Notes: generated by a model from the sequence alone, not told the origin. 64,000 nt of DNA from Tubiluchus corallicola (GCA_030141605.1 JAQGDQ010000532.1:1-64000); one strand, 5' to 3'. Positions 14,501 to 52,876 are shown, counted from the first letter of the stretch. Made by a program: numbers and translations.

Positions 14501-17500
14501 TAGTCTTGTTATTCTAGTGGGTGTTAGTAGTTTGGCTCTGTAATATCTGTGTCTCCATATAGCCTGTCAGTTTTGTTAATGCCAGCAGTGTTAGTAGTAT
14601 GGCTTGTTTGTATGTATGCCTCTGCATCATTTTTCAGTCTTGTTATTCTGGTGGGTGTTAGTAGTGTGGCTCTTTTATATCTGTGTCTCCATATAGCCTG
14701 TCAGTTTTGTTATTGCCAGCAGTATTAGTAGTATGGCTTGTGGGTATATGTGCATCTGGATCATCTTTCAGTCTTGTTGTTCTAGAGGGTGTTAGTAGTG
14801 TGCTCTTTCATATCTGTGTCTCCATATAGCCTGTCAGTTTTGTTATTGCCAGCAGTATTAGTAGTATGACGCGTTAGTATGTGTATTTCTGTGCCATTCC
14901 TTTTACTAAGTTTGTGACTTTACAGTTTTGTGACACAATTGTTAAATTGTACTAATTATTGATTTTAGGTGCTACTAGATCAATGGCAGAAAACAGAACA
15001 ATGCGAGAACCCCATTGTTTGGCAGAAACAAAGTATTGCTGTAGCCGATTACATTGTTTGTGTTGCATCTATTGGCACTCACAGTGATCGGATACACCGT
15101 GATGCACAGGTAGAAAATGTTTGCAACTGTTAGTAACAAAATTACATTGCGACGATCATCCACGTAATGTAGAGAAAGATGACTCAACATGAATAAGTAA
15201 AAATTGGTGGAAGGTGTTTACAGTTAATTTTACTAGCTTAGCCCTAATCCTAACTTAAACCTACCCTAGTTTATGCACTTATACTTTGCTAAATACACGT
15301 GCTTGAAACAGGCCACCGCATATTAAAACCAACACTTATTAAATCTCTTATTGCTGGCTCTGTGATGATTTTGTTAAGCAGTGACTACTGTATTAGACTG
15401 TCAAAACTACTTGAATAATAGTAAGGAATTGTGGCTATCAGCGTAGTGGAGAACTTTGCTGAACTATTAATCTTACAAGGCCAATGAGTGATTTTTCTTT
15501 TTTTAGACTGCAGATCAAGTGAGCTGGAAGAACTTGTATGCTTTTGCTCTTGAACAGATCAGGGAGCTCATGCAAAATGAGTTAACGAAAGAAGAGCCGC
15601 GCCTGCAGAAATTTGTGAATGTTTTCTTTCCGTATTCACACAAAACGGTAAGACATGAATGCATTTTTAATGTACGGCAGCATTTCCAGGTTTCAGTGGA
15701 GTCTGCTTAATGGTGTTTGTACTATGACTAGATCCTGGCTCATTATCGAGGGTATTATATCTAAGGTGAGCTACTGAACCAGGAGAGGAGTTTAGCCTCC
15801 TCAGATACGTCCTCTCTGAGTGAGTTAAACAGCCAGGATTCCAGCTTAGTGCACCAGTCAGTGTCAAAAATTTTTTATTTTGCTCTGAAAAATGCGTACA
15901 CTTTCATATTCGCCCGAGGCATGCATTTTACAGCACATCACAAGTAATGTCTGAATCAGTTTTTATGTAAGTTTCATATAATAAATAGGTACAATTATTA
16001 CATAAAAAGTACTACACCACAAGCAGTTTCATAGGCTGCTTAAATATAAGTGCTATGCAAATAGATATTGTGTGTAATTAACAATAACCATGTAGATACT
16101 AGGTAATAGGGGTGAGCATTCTCTACCAGAAAGCGAATTCAAATAGAATCGAGTTTCGTTATTTCGAATCCGAAAATGAACTGAGTTTGAAAGATTTTCG
16201 AACCACTAGAGAAAAGTGGCCTCACAAAGATCATGCATATTACTTGATTTTGTTTTGCAGTAAAACCATTATTAGTTTATTAAAAATTTTGCGGCTAAAT
16301 TGTGGTAATTGCATGCCGTTTCAAACATTTTAATGGTAAAGAATGTATGTGGTTGAAGTGCTGAATTATTCGAATCTGTAATTTTAAGTTCCAATCGAAT
16401 TCGAACTAAAAAAACTTGTTCGAATTGAATTAGATCGATTCGAATGTTCAATGCTCACCCCTACTAAGTAATAGTGTTGCCTATATAAGTAGTTGTATAT
16501 TGTTCTTGATATATAAACAGCTATAAATCTGCATTAGAGATGGAGGAGATAGAACTGTCAGCCCAAAGCGCTGCAATGTCTTGATACGGCCATGCTTCTC
16601 TTTTTTGGCATCTTTTACTTTTTTGTGCACTTTCGTACAACTGCGAGTTGGATCCAGTATTCAACAGCAGGATGTATTCAACAAGATGTTTGTGGCAAGA
16701 CTGGAATCTGGTTCCCAGATGAGCCCACTGAACAATCTATTGTGCATCTGTTTAGCTTTAGTTGACTACATAGTATTACAATCTATTGTGCATCTGTCAA
16801 GCTTTAGTTGACTACATAGTATTACAATCTATTGTGTCTCTGTCAAGCTTTAGTTGACTACATATTATTACAATCTATTGTGCATCTGTCAAGCTTTAGT
16901 TGACTACATAGTATTACAATCTATTGTGTCTCTGTCAAGCTTTAGTTGACTACATAGTATTACAATCTATTGTGTCTCTGTCAAGCTTTAGTTGACTACA
17001 TAGTATTACAATCTATTGTGTCTCTGTCAAGCTTTAGTTGACTACATATTATTACAATCTATTGTGCATCTGTCAAGCTTTAGTTGACTACATAGTATTA
17101 CAATCTATTGTGTCTCTGTCAAGCTTTAGTTGACTACATAGTATTACAATCTATTGTGTCTCTGTCAAGCTTTAGTTGACTACATAGTATTACAATCTAT
17201 TGTGTCTTTGTCAAGCTTTAGTTGGCTACATAGTATTACAATCTATTGTGTCTCTGTCAAGCTTATCGCATAATATTTAATGTTGAATGCAGGATCTATT
17301 TTAGCCTAAAGAAAATATACAAAATTAAGTTTTCATTATTTTGTTAAAAATTTTACATTTTAGGATATCCCGCGGTCGCTAGAAACTCGTCAAACTTTTC
17401 CGTTAATGAGCAGTTTCTCCGCACTAAATCATCATCTTCACGATGTTGACGAGATAATTACTTTGCCGGGAGATGACTACGCCGAGTCAAACGATGGTCA

Positions 17501-18152
17501 ATCGCTGCTCGACTCCATTAACAAAACAAACTCTTACTATGACGAAAATCCATGTTGGTTTGAGGATTTCCTCCAGGAGATAAGGGAAGTTGCAAACGAT
17601 GAGGATGGTTCGTCTAATGAGAACAGTAAAATTAAAGGCAGTTCAAATGTAAAGAAAATGGATGATAGTTCAACGCGGGACGATGTGAACGATGATACTC
17701 AGCTTGTTCACTATGAGAACTGTCCCTGCCCGGACTGTCAGAAAAAGATGCAGCTAAAGTCAGCGAGCACAAATGATTGCAGTTTGACGGATTGTGGTGA
17801 TTCAGACGTTTCCTTACAGGGTGCTGATAATATGGCCTTAATTTCATTCACTAATCAAGCAACCCAGTCTTTCATGCAACAGCTTCAGCCATTGTATCAA
17901 ATGGATGGTTACCATAGCAGCAGTTACCCTAGAAACAATGCATTTGAAACTACTGGTTGCCATGGCAATGTTGACGGTTACCATAGATTTAGTACGCTTG
18001 AGCAATGTCGTCAGTACCTACCATTGTCTGTGGAAAATAATGTTCGTATTTTCAACTCTTTGCACAGTGATCCTTTTTTGCAGCTGCCAAGTAATTCGGA
18101 TGGTTACCTAGGTAACCAGTTTCAGCTAGAAAATTTGCAAATAAAGTCTTGA
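2373..18152 (+). CDS. IL17R: IL-17 receptor-like (SEFIR-domain) type I membrane protein, 12 coding exons, ~767 aa (whole-gene span)
   Basis: Exons 2373-2510, 2659-2704, 4650-4838, 5692-5819, 6619-6745, 9263-9510, 11426-11537, 12520-12627, 14066-14202, 14969-15109, 15507-15647, 17364-18152 all have GT/AG ends and matching phases and join into one 2304-nt ORF. Architecture: signal peptide, ectodomain, TM + KRRK, SEFIR motifs (RVFIAYSYD..H...V..FA.YL; V.LDQW; ADYIVCVAS; FVNVFFPYS; DIP..L....F.LM..F..L...LH). Paralog (A-E) cannot be assigned. Confidence 0.88.
2659..2704 (+). CDS. IL17R: IL17R-like exon 2
   Basis: TTTTTTCCTTGCAG acceptor; IGHESECRIEVMNFT; G|GTAGG donor; bridges phase 0 to phase 1 as required. 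Confidence 0.75.
4650..4838 (+). CDS. IL17R: IL17R-like exon 3
   Basis: TTCTACAG acceptor; QCSDLNWFPGVNASE...MNVSFVVMDP; CAG|GTAAG donor; phase 1-1. Confidence 0.8.
5692..5819 (+). CDS. IL17R: IL17R-like exon 4
   Basis: TTTTGTAG acceptor; TTAVLLKFWNID...RECFLFDIRN...QGPP; CCG|GTTAGT donor. Confidence 0.8.
6619..6745 (+). CDS. IL17R: IL17R-like exon 5 (not in ORF track)
   Basis: TTTTTATTTTAG acceptor; FYFWYDCYNNLMANATYGVELTQLPGNVPVVYQITLPSAERI; T|GTAAGT donor; phase 0-1. Confidence 0.8.
7820..8206. mobile_element. MITE-like element
   Basis: terminal inverted repeats AATAAGCCTTTTGCAGTT / AACTGTGAAAAGGCTTATT, no coding capacity. Confidence 0.55.
9263..9510 (+). CDS. IL17R: IL17R-like exon 6 (FN3-like ectodomain segment)
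   Basis: TTTTTCAG acceptor (an in-frame alternative CAG lies 6 nt downstream); LWQPSIAV...YNVDL...FQHVPPGEYFVQ; CAG|GTATG donor. Confidence 0.85.
9606..10082. mobile_element. Tc1/mariner/pogo-like MITE
   Basis: imperfect TIRs CAGTCAATCTTGGATATAAGG / CCTTATACCTGAGGTTGACTG and repeated subterminal CCCTTATA motifs. Confidence 0.65.
11426..11537 (+). CDS. IL17R: IL17R-like exon 7
   Basis: TTACAG acceptor; ISASDEVDCKDFLTLFTASYPFNVSGGPVCPSNTTKL; G|GTAAT donor; phase 0-1. Confidence 0.8.
12520..12627 (+). CDS. IL17R: IL17R-like exon 8 (transmembrane helix)
   Basis: TTTTTTAG acceptor; LIALVLGVIAGGGLIFVVFLYFCWY followed by KRRKH stop-transfer; ATG|GTAAAT donor. Confidence 0.85.
12579..13050 (+). 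repeat. 108-bp tandem repeat (~4 copies plus a partial) containing the 3' half of the TM exon and its splice donor
   Basis: AAACATG|GTAAAT recurs with donors at 12628, 12736, 12844, 12952, 12995. Confidence 0.95.
13510..14018 (+). mobile_element. 5'-truncated LINE (CR1/L2-like) 3' end, copy 1
   Basis: ORF2-like C-terminus LWNDINDELKTVQPIQKFKKKYRAMILNKYNTS*, then ~400 nt 3' UTR and (TAA)n/A tail; near-identical to 57104-57545. Confidence 0.8.
14066..14202 (+). CDS. IL17R: IL17R-like exon 9 (SEFIR box 1)
   Basis: KVPRVFIAYSYDHTCHAEAVEKFASYLKKHCYCQ; CAG|GTATGT donor. Confidence 0.9.
14205..14880. repeat. minisatellite, ~67-bp degenerate monomer organised as ~134-bp dimer
   Basis: CTGTGTCTCCATATAGCCTGTCAG at 14547, 14681, 14814; TAGTAGT(A/G)TGGC about every 67 bp. 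Confidence 0.8.
14969..15109 (+). CDS. IL17R: IL17R-like exon 10 (SEFIR)
   Basis: VLLDQWQKTEQCENPIVWQKQSIAVADYIVCVASIG; donor CAG|GTAGAA is weak and an alternative donor at 15129 is possible. Confidence 0.85.
15507..15647 (+). CDS. IL17R: IL17R-like exon 11 (SEFIR)
   Basis: long T tract + AG; NLYAFALEQI...KFVNVFFPYSHKT; ACG|GTAAGA donor. Confidence 0.85.
16107..16463. mobile_element. hAT-type MITE
   Basis: TIRs TAGGGGTGAGCATT / AATGCTCACCCCTA, 8-bp TSD CTAGGTAA / CTAAGTAA, subterminal TTCGAA repeats. Confidence 0.85.
16732..17263. repeat. 46-bp minisatellite, ~11.5 copies
   Basis: unit ACAATCTATTGTGTCTCTGTCAAGCTTTAGTTGACTACATAGTATT. Confidence 0.95.
17364..18152 (+). CDS. IL17R: IL17R-like terminal exon (SEFIR end + low-complexity cytoplasmic tail)
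   Basis: TTTTAG acceptor; DIPRSLETRQTFPLMSSFSALNHHLH continues into ORF 17406-18152; TGA stop. Confidence 0.88.
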   Translation, partial: DIPRSLETRQTFPLMSSFSALNHHLHDVDEIITLPGDDYAESNDGQSLLDSINKTNSYYDENPCWFEDFLQEIREVANDEDGSSNENSKIKGSSNVKKMDDSSTRDDVNDDTQLVHYENCPCPDCQKKMQLKSASTNDCSLTDCGDSDVSLQGADNMALISFTNQATQSFMQQLQPLYQMDGYHSSSYPRNNAFETTGCHGNVDGYHRFSTLEQCRQYLPLSVENNVRIFNSLHSDPFLQLPSNSDGYLGNQFQLENLQIKS

Positions 18153-20762
18153 TTATTTTCGCCATTCCTGATTTTAGATTAGAATTTTTTGTACTTACGT
18201 TACGCAGTAGATTCACGTAGTAGAAAAATTTACAACTAGTTAACTGGCGACAGTGATGGTCAGCAGCGATAGTCCAAGTATTTTACTTGTATTTTATTTT
18301 TGTCATGTTGTAAATGTTGCTTTAACAAGCCATCAATGGTGTAGGGTCAGTAGTCACTACATTCATATGCAGTGAGAGGAGTGAATAAATAGAATAATTT
18401 GCCAGCTATGCTGATCGCTGCACCATCTGTAGTAAAGTTCAAATTCTTAATCGACAATTATTTTGTGCAAAAATATGGGGTTTCTATGAGTGCATTCACT
18501 TCATGAGAGCAAAAAAGCTATCATTATATTTGCGATAATGATGTTACAAAGATAATACGACATAAAAATAAATGGCTAGTGTGAAGTATAAAAGAAAATG
18601 GAAATTTTGAAATTCTTCTGTATTGTGAATGCACTGCATTAGCATTATGGTAAATAGTTTTTTATATTTAACAATAGCAACGTATCAATATGAACCATTA
18701 GTTATAAAACAGTCTATGTAGTGATCATAGCTTGAGGTGCCACTAGATTTACATTAATTCCTATGGAAGCCATGGCTTTGTTTAACGAGTGGCTAAAGAT
18801 CTAATTTTGCCTTGTTCTGTTTAAGCAAGATCTTACTGTAGATGTAGTGGTGTGATGCTAGATTACTTGTCTATTGATGATGCGCACACAGTGACATCTA
18901 ACGAGAATTACAGAAAAATGCTGCATTTGAACCTGTATTAATGTGCTTCATTGACTGTCCTATTCTATTGTATCAAGATCAAAGTTATTGCAAATTATTT
19001 TTAAAATAATTTTTGTACTTAGTGTAGTATATCGATAACATTATTACCTCATTATATATATAGAGATAAGTTTATAAGAATGAATTGTAATTATGTAAAT
19101 ATTGACTGATTAAAATTGTTGATTTTTTTAATTTAAGAATAAGAAATGATTCTGTAATGATTACTCATGAATAAGAGGATAGTTTTATCATGTGAAATTT
19201 AGTTAGATTATCCAACTTACTAAGAACATCACTTTGAGAACGAGTTATTCAAAAATAATTGTATTTTTGAAAGAAATAAACTATTTTTTAGTAAAAGTAT
19301 GGTTTAAACAACGTCTATACGAATATATCTCTAATATTTAGTGAAAATAGTAATCATCATTAATCTTGTTGGCTGTCTATTCACTGTGAGAAACGAAAGC
19401 AACCTTGACCTGTGACACCGAAACGACCTTTGACCTCTAGTCAAAAGGCATGGTTACAAACTTTCACTTGATACATTCACAAGCTGTAATGAATGCAGAC
19501 CCAACACTGTTGACATCATCCACCTCATTGAAACAATAAATAGGCATCAAAAAACATTTTGTGAACAACAGCCTCACAACAATAAGCTTCTTTATAGGTT
19601 ACTGTTCAAGCAAGTCGTCACATCTTATTCACTTCTGATAAGCACTTTTTTCACTGTTTAAAAGTCAAAGATCAACAAAAAAACCAAAGATGAATAAGTG
19701 TACGGCAGACAAAATTTTATTTATTGCCCTTATCGCACTTAAATAACTACAAAGAATTCATACTGGTGAATGTTTGACTAGGAAAGTCCAAGAGATTAGG
19801 CCTACAACGACTGTACCAATAGAAACAAGAAACAACATGAATTCTGTTTAAAATTTAGAAGAATTAATACATTCTTTTCCAAATTGCTTGAAGACTTTAA
19901 CCAGTAAGAAATGTAGATAATGATCGACTAGTCAGTAGATCCAAGGTCATTTTCTGGTCATTTATGTGCCACACCCTTTCATAAACATCTGCAAAATCTG
20001 GGGCCAGTAAAAATGTTAATACAACAGCTATTGCAGATAAGAAACTTTACTAAATATAAATGAAACGATATTATCATTTATTGTAGCATTCTTACTGTGG
20101 TTAAGAATGTTCATCTCATAACAAATTACTTGTATATGTTACAAGGGAAGTAAAAGTTTAATTTTTGCAGTGAGAGCATCTCTTTAACACACTGTTATGG
20201 TAAACCTGCAATGAGAATTGCAAGCTAGTCAAAAAGCACTCAAGCTCGTAACTTCGTCGAAGCTAATCAGAGGTCGATTTCATTTCGGCAAAGTAGCAAA
20301 GCCGTAACCAAAACGTACTCGAGTGCGTAAACATACGATAAATTAAATAAACATGAATATATATAAAATAGTATTTACAACATATTCATTGAATACATAT
20401 GAACTCATAGTGACGGAACGCAAATTTTCATACCTGCCAAGATGGAAGGACCACACGTCCGAGTTCTGCACGAGTTCTCTTCTCAGTGACGTACCACACT
20501 TAAATGCTTTGGAATTTCAAATAAGACGTTCATTTAAATTTGTTTATTGTTTTAACTCATAAAAACAGTGAAAGAACCGAAAAGATTAGTAGCAACAAGA
20601 AAAAACATTAACAATTTTGCTTAATTTAATAAATACTGTATTAGATTTTAGCTGACACACAGAAATGATAACCTATTTTGTACAAATGTAAATGGTTCTG
20701 GTATGTGATGTGTAGTGTAAAGGCAAAACTTATACAACATGCATGTTTAGTAATCAAAGCGG

Positions 20763-48299
<27,537 letters not shown>

Positions 48300-48694
48300 C
48301 TGAAAAACATTCACCATTGTTAAACTTTATTTATTCACTTTTCCATTAAGCATTCAATTGTTTCCACAAGGGTGAATACAAAAAAGCACAAATACGGTTG
48401 AAAAACCTCAAAATTTAGGAACACCGCTCTTTAAGGTATGTTCTACCTGTCGAAGGACCCTTGGACAGACGGAGTTTGCGAACAAATGTCATTATCAAAA
48501 CACAAACAACGAAAATGCTGGAATGATGACGTCACTTAAATAAGCGACGTCATCATCAAACAAACATGAACATTTTTTTTAAAATCCATCAAGTAAAATG
48601 ATTTTTCATATAAGTTAGAAAAGGTGAAAATCCTTATTATATTTTAGCGCTTCAGGCAGCTTTACGCCTCGTAAATACACACATTGAAACTTAC

Positions 48695-48984
48695 CAATAA
48701 CCACTGATTCGGTGATTGTTATTAAGATTATTATTTTCACATTTTACAACGTTCTCTTCTTCTTCCACCACTTTCTGGACACGATCGCTATGATCATAGT
48801 TATTGTTGTTGCTCTCTGTTAAAATGTTACGCGCAACGACGCAATCAGTTTTTTCGACATCGAAGTCACCGATAACTATTACATTGTTTTTCCTCATCCA
48901 AAGCTCATTTACGCCACAATTTTCATGCAAGTCATTGTTACTGATTTGTGTATCATCGTAACCTTCATTATCAGGCATGATCAT
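48695..48984 (-). CDS. SRPK: candidate SRPK alternative first coding exon (96 codons, Asn/acid-rich)
   Basis: ATG-initiated ORF ends at TG|GTAAGT, phase 2, 395 nt from the phase-2 acceptor at 48299; would give a ~704-aa protein. Confidence 0.7.
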
Positions 48985-51900
48985 TCTTCATCAAGTGAAG
49001 ATCAACTATTACCTCAAACAGTATCACCATCTATATATCCATGTAAATCCCTGGGATAAGCTCAGGAAACTGCAGGAGAATCTATGCATTACCTTGCAAT
49101 TACATGCGAGGAAAACTCTACTAAGTAAAAATAATGGTTCTTCTGTGCTGCACTGTTTAGACATTCATAACACCACATGTTTATTAACAGAAACTATGGC
49201 AACCGAAAAAGGTGATTCTGGCTGATGATCATTGCCACACTGACACAATAGTCAACATGCTAAAAGTTGCCTGACTGGTGGCAGCAATTGACCTAAGCAC
49301 GTGGGTGAGTCGACGCAACGTCTGTTCCAGTAATTTACAAAGTTGAAAATAATGCTTTCAACATACACATAATGTTGCCCTCCCTTTCACAAGTTGATGG
49401 TTAGGTCTAAATGAATCACACATATCTTATGCAAGACTGCATATATAAGATTGTCACACAACAATTGTCCGTCCATTTTACAAAGCTGTTTTTGACTTTT
49501 ATAACCAGCTTATCACCAGTGAACACGTGGGTGAGTAGCTATCACAAAAGATGAACAACTAATGAATTTCTTGTCGCAATCAACTTTAGCAGCAAGTCGT
49601 TAGCACACCACAATGAATTTACAAGAAATTTGAAAACTGACAATAATTACGAACATCAGCAATACGAAAACAAATTTACGAGTCATTACATAACAATCTG
49701 ACTGATATAAAACTCATGTGACTATGTAAACCACAAGGACAACCAAATAATATCGCACGTGACGGTAATGAGCAAACGGTGACGACCACAGCTACCATGT
49801 AAGGATCCTGACTGCTTCTTCTTTGCAGCAGCATCAGCAGCAGCAGCTGTCAGCATCACTCTGCTTCAACACAACCCACAACATGCAACAGTTATGCCAA
49901 TTATTATACAGCTTCAAAACACAGGGGGGTTGGACGCCACTATCAACTTTCCTATTCGTTTACTACTAGACCGTGAAATAATGCACCACCTTCGGTTTTA
50001 CTACGCGTATTTACACAAGCGGCCAAAGCCAAATTCACTCGTATAAATACTAATTCCAGTGTCAATAAATCCTGTACATGTACTTTAAAATAAGGCTGTA
50101 AATGCGTATATGGCTTTTGACCTCCCCCCGTAATGATATTGTAATTTATGACGTTCTGAGAGCTAGGAATTATAATTACCACCTTCAAGCATCAATAAAT
50201 CTCTGCCCTGAAATTACAACAGTAGCAAGTAACTTTAATTATAACGTCAAAGATGTTAATGATTGCTCCAGGCCAGCAGTAGAAGCTTCCTACCCCTCTC
50301 GAGTAGTTCTTGTACTGTTAAACTTCTCTTTGACAGGCGTTTTGAGAATGTTAATGAATGTTTTGCAAGGCTAATGGAAAGAAACACAATCCAGACGGCG
50401 CTGATGACAGTTTCAACCTTCACTTTTCTTGGTAGAAAACTAACAGTTAGAAAAAGTGGAAAAATGATAAGGAAAAAACGCCACTAGTGTAGTTTCTACA
50501 AACCATCTATAATAGATAATCACGAGGGTAACAGGATGGCCGAATAATCTAAATCGCCTGCGTTATAAGCACAAAGTTCCTGGTTCAAATCCAGGTTGTA
50601 TTACAGTTTTTTCACATTTACTGTCTTTCAAGTGTGGTATCAAAATTCCATTAATCGAGTGTCTGCAGTATCATTAAAAATAAGAATCTTGACATTAAGA
50701 CTACAATTATTAATCACAAATTTTCACCTAACAAGTGTGAATTTGCTGCACAAAGATCAAACGTAGAGAAGAAATTTGAGTCAAGGAAAATGAGAGTACG
50801 ACTCATCCCAGAGAGTACAAGAACAATTTTCCCGACACTTTGAAGGCGCCATCATTTTTCTTTGGTTTGATTATATGGCTACATCAAAGGCTCAACACTT
50901 AGCGGCTTAAGAAGCGTTCACAGATTCACAGAAAATGTCACTTCTGTGTCACAGAAAATGTGTGATAAAAGCCTAAACCAAACGCTTATTTATTTACAGT
51001 AGCCTGTAAGTATCCTCTTCACTCGTTCCATGATGCTAGAGTTACTAAATCCAGTCAGGGCACCAGCATTAATGAATCTGTTGACACACTAGTAACTTTT
51101 GTCCGCAAACTTTTCTGATCTATCTACCACTAGAATCGTGTATGGGGTCACCTGACACTTGTCGGTCGACTTTATTGGTATTCTTTAGCAAAATTATTCA
51201 AAATTTGTGTGAACAAAAATGGGCATGTCAATAAAATCAAAGTTGGCGATCTTTTTCTACAAATATTGCACCAATTTACAAACGACTTCGTTGGCAGTTG
51301 GCCAAATTTATTCATTAGGATGTCGATATCAGCTTACGCAGAACTTTTGTTGTAAGACTAAAGCCGATAGCGTGTCATTCCGTGCGCTGAATTCTTCTTT
51401 CCAATATCTCAATACGGTAAGCAAAGTGTTCTTTCTTTGTCGCACTTAATTAAGCCAGCAAATTTGAAGTTGAGTGCAAAAGGCTTTGTTTATAACATCA
51501 TCAGAGCTTCAAAGAGTTGTCGTGAGTCCTTTAACTGACCTTTGGGATCTGCTTCTAAAGCTTCAAAGACTTCGGAAAACCTCGTCGGTTTGGAAACCCA
51601 TGCTTTTAATTGATTTAAAGCCAAAGTATTGTTTTCAAGGTCAGGTTGAAAGTTTTCCCTGCACGCTACAACTCCATGAAAGTTGAGAAATTTTGTAGTG
51701 GAATGGAGTGTAGCGTCAATTCCGAGCAATTCAAAAATAACTAGAAAAACAAAAACGGCGAGAGCTGATATTTATAGACTAGGACTTGTTTACTCATCAG
51801 GGTACAAAAATAAACAGATAATATGACTAATGCACAGCTGAGAGGAATTAGTGCATCCTTCAATGGCATTCTTCTAATAATCATTACAATTTATGCTAAC

Positions 51901-52344
51901 TCTGTTAAAGCTGGCGCCATCTATCTTACAAGAAATAAATCGAACAAACGCACCAAAGCCCTACTACTTAGCCGCGAACCCAGGTCGTCTGCTTTCCGCA
52001 TTTTAAATGAAAAATCCAAACAGCACACAAAGCTAGGCTATGGCGGAAATGTTGTCGGCAAACCTCCAGATAAACCAAAACAAATGGGCAGTGAATGAAT
52101 GAGTGAATAAATGAACGTGCCAGGTAAATCTGACGTGCATTAAGATGTGCTACCTAAGTACTTATATCGCCAAGTGAAATATTAAATATCAAATCACTGT
52201 GGGAAGACCAGAATCTAGCTCACTTGTAAGACAATCCTTTAAAAATGAGACACTGGAAACTGGACGGGTATTTCTCCACGTCTGGTATACATCGTCTCCT
52301 TAAACACAGGAATAACCAAAGAGAATATGGCAGATAAAACAGCC

Positions 52345-52395
52345 CTTTCCAGCCACCCATCCATTTACTAACGTGACTCGACACTGCTTAACTAT
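52345..52395 (-). mobile_element. 5S rRNA-like SINE segment
   Basis: minus strand GTTAAGCAGTGTCGAGTCACGTTAGTAAATGGATGGGTGGC resembles the 5S internal control region; similar segments at 34219-34262 and 26525-26566. Confidence 0.55.
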
Positions 52396-52862
52396 CTATT
52401 CAACCACTGATCGCAGCGGCAGCGCAACGTACTCCAGATGATGTAATTTTCCTCGCTTCAAATGCGCAATCTGTTAACTCCATGAAACATGAGCAGTGGT
52501 TAAAGCATTTAACCCACAACCAGGAAACTGTTTATTGAATCAGCGCCACAAATGAGCAAGCTGACCGCCTCTTATCAATACAATTATTCTCAGTACTCTT
52601 GTGCCTAGTACTTATCAGCTACCACTCGTAGGATTTCCACGAAATTTCTCAGAATCAGGAGCAGATAAATCTCTTCAATTCAAGGTCATTTACAAGTCCT
52701 TCCATCGATAACTTAATAACAGAATCAATTCTCATACAATGGACACTGTCCCACATTTAATTTTGCCTTCTAAACCAGCAAAAACTATGGTGATTCTGCG
52801 CAAGAACAAGGGATTTACGTGAATGCTTAAATTTCATAAATTAGTTCAATGAAAACAATACC

Positions 52863-52876
52863 GTCGTCATGGCAAC
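52863..52876 (+). promoter_or_regulatory. RFX X-box-like motif
   Basis: GTCGTC-AT-GGCAAC. Confidence 0.35.

Noticed and set aside
16732-17263. CRISPR-like appearance (regular palindromic repeats)
   Set aside because: Head-to-tail identical units with no unique spacers, no cas genes, eukaryotic intron.
50990-51729. Short minus-strand ORFs including MERVKRILTGY
   Set aside because: No donor in a compatible phase and no recognisable homology.
52345-52395. 5S rRNA gene
   Set aside because: Only ~45 nt of diverged similarity; treated as SINE-derived.
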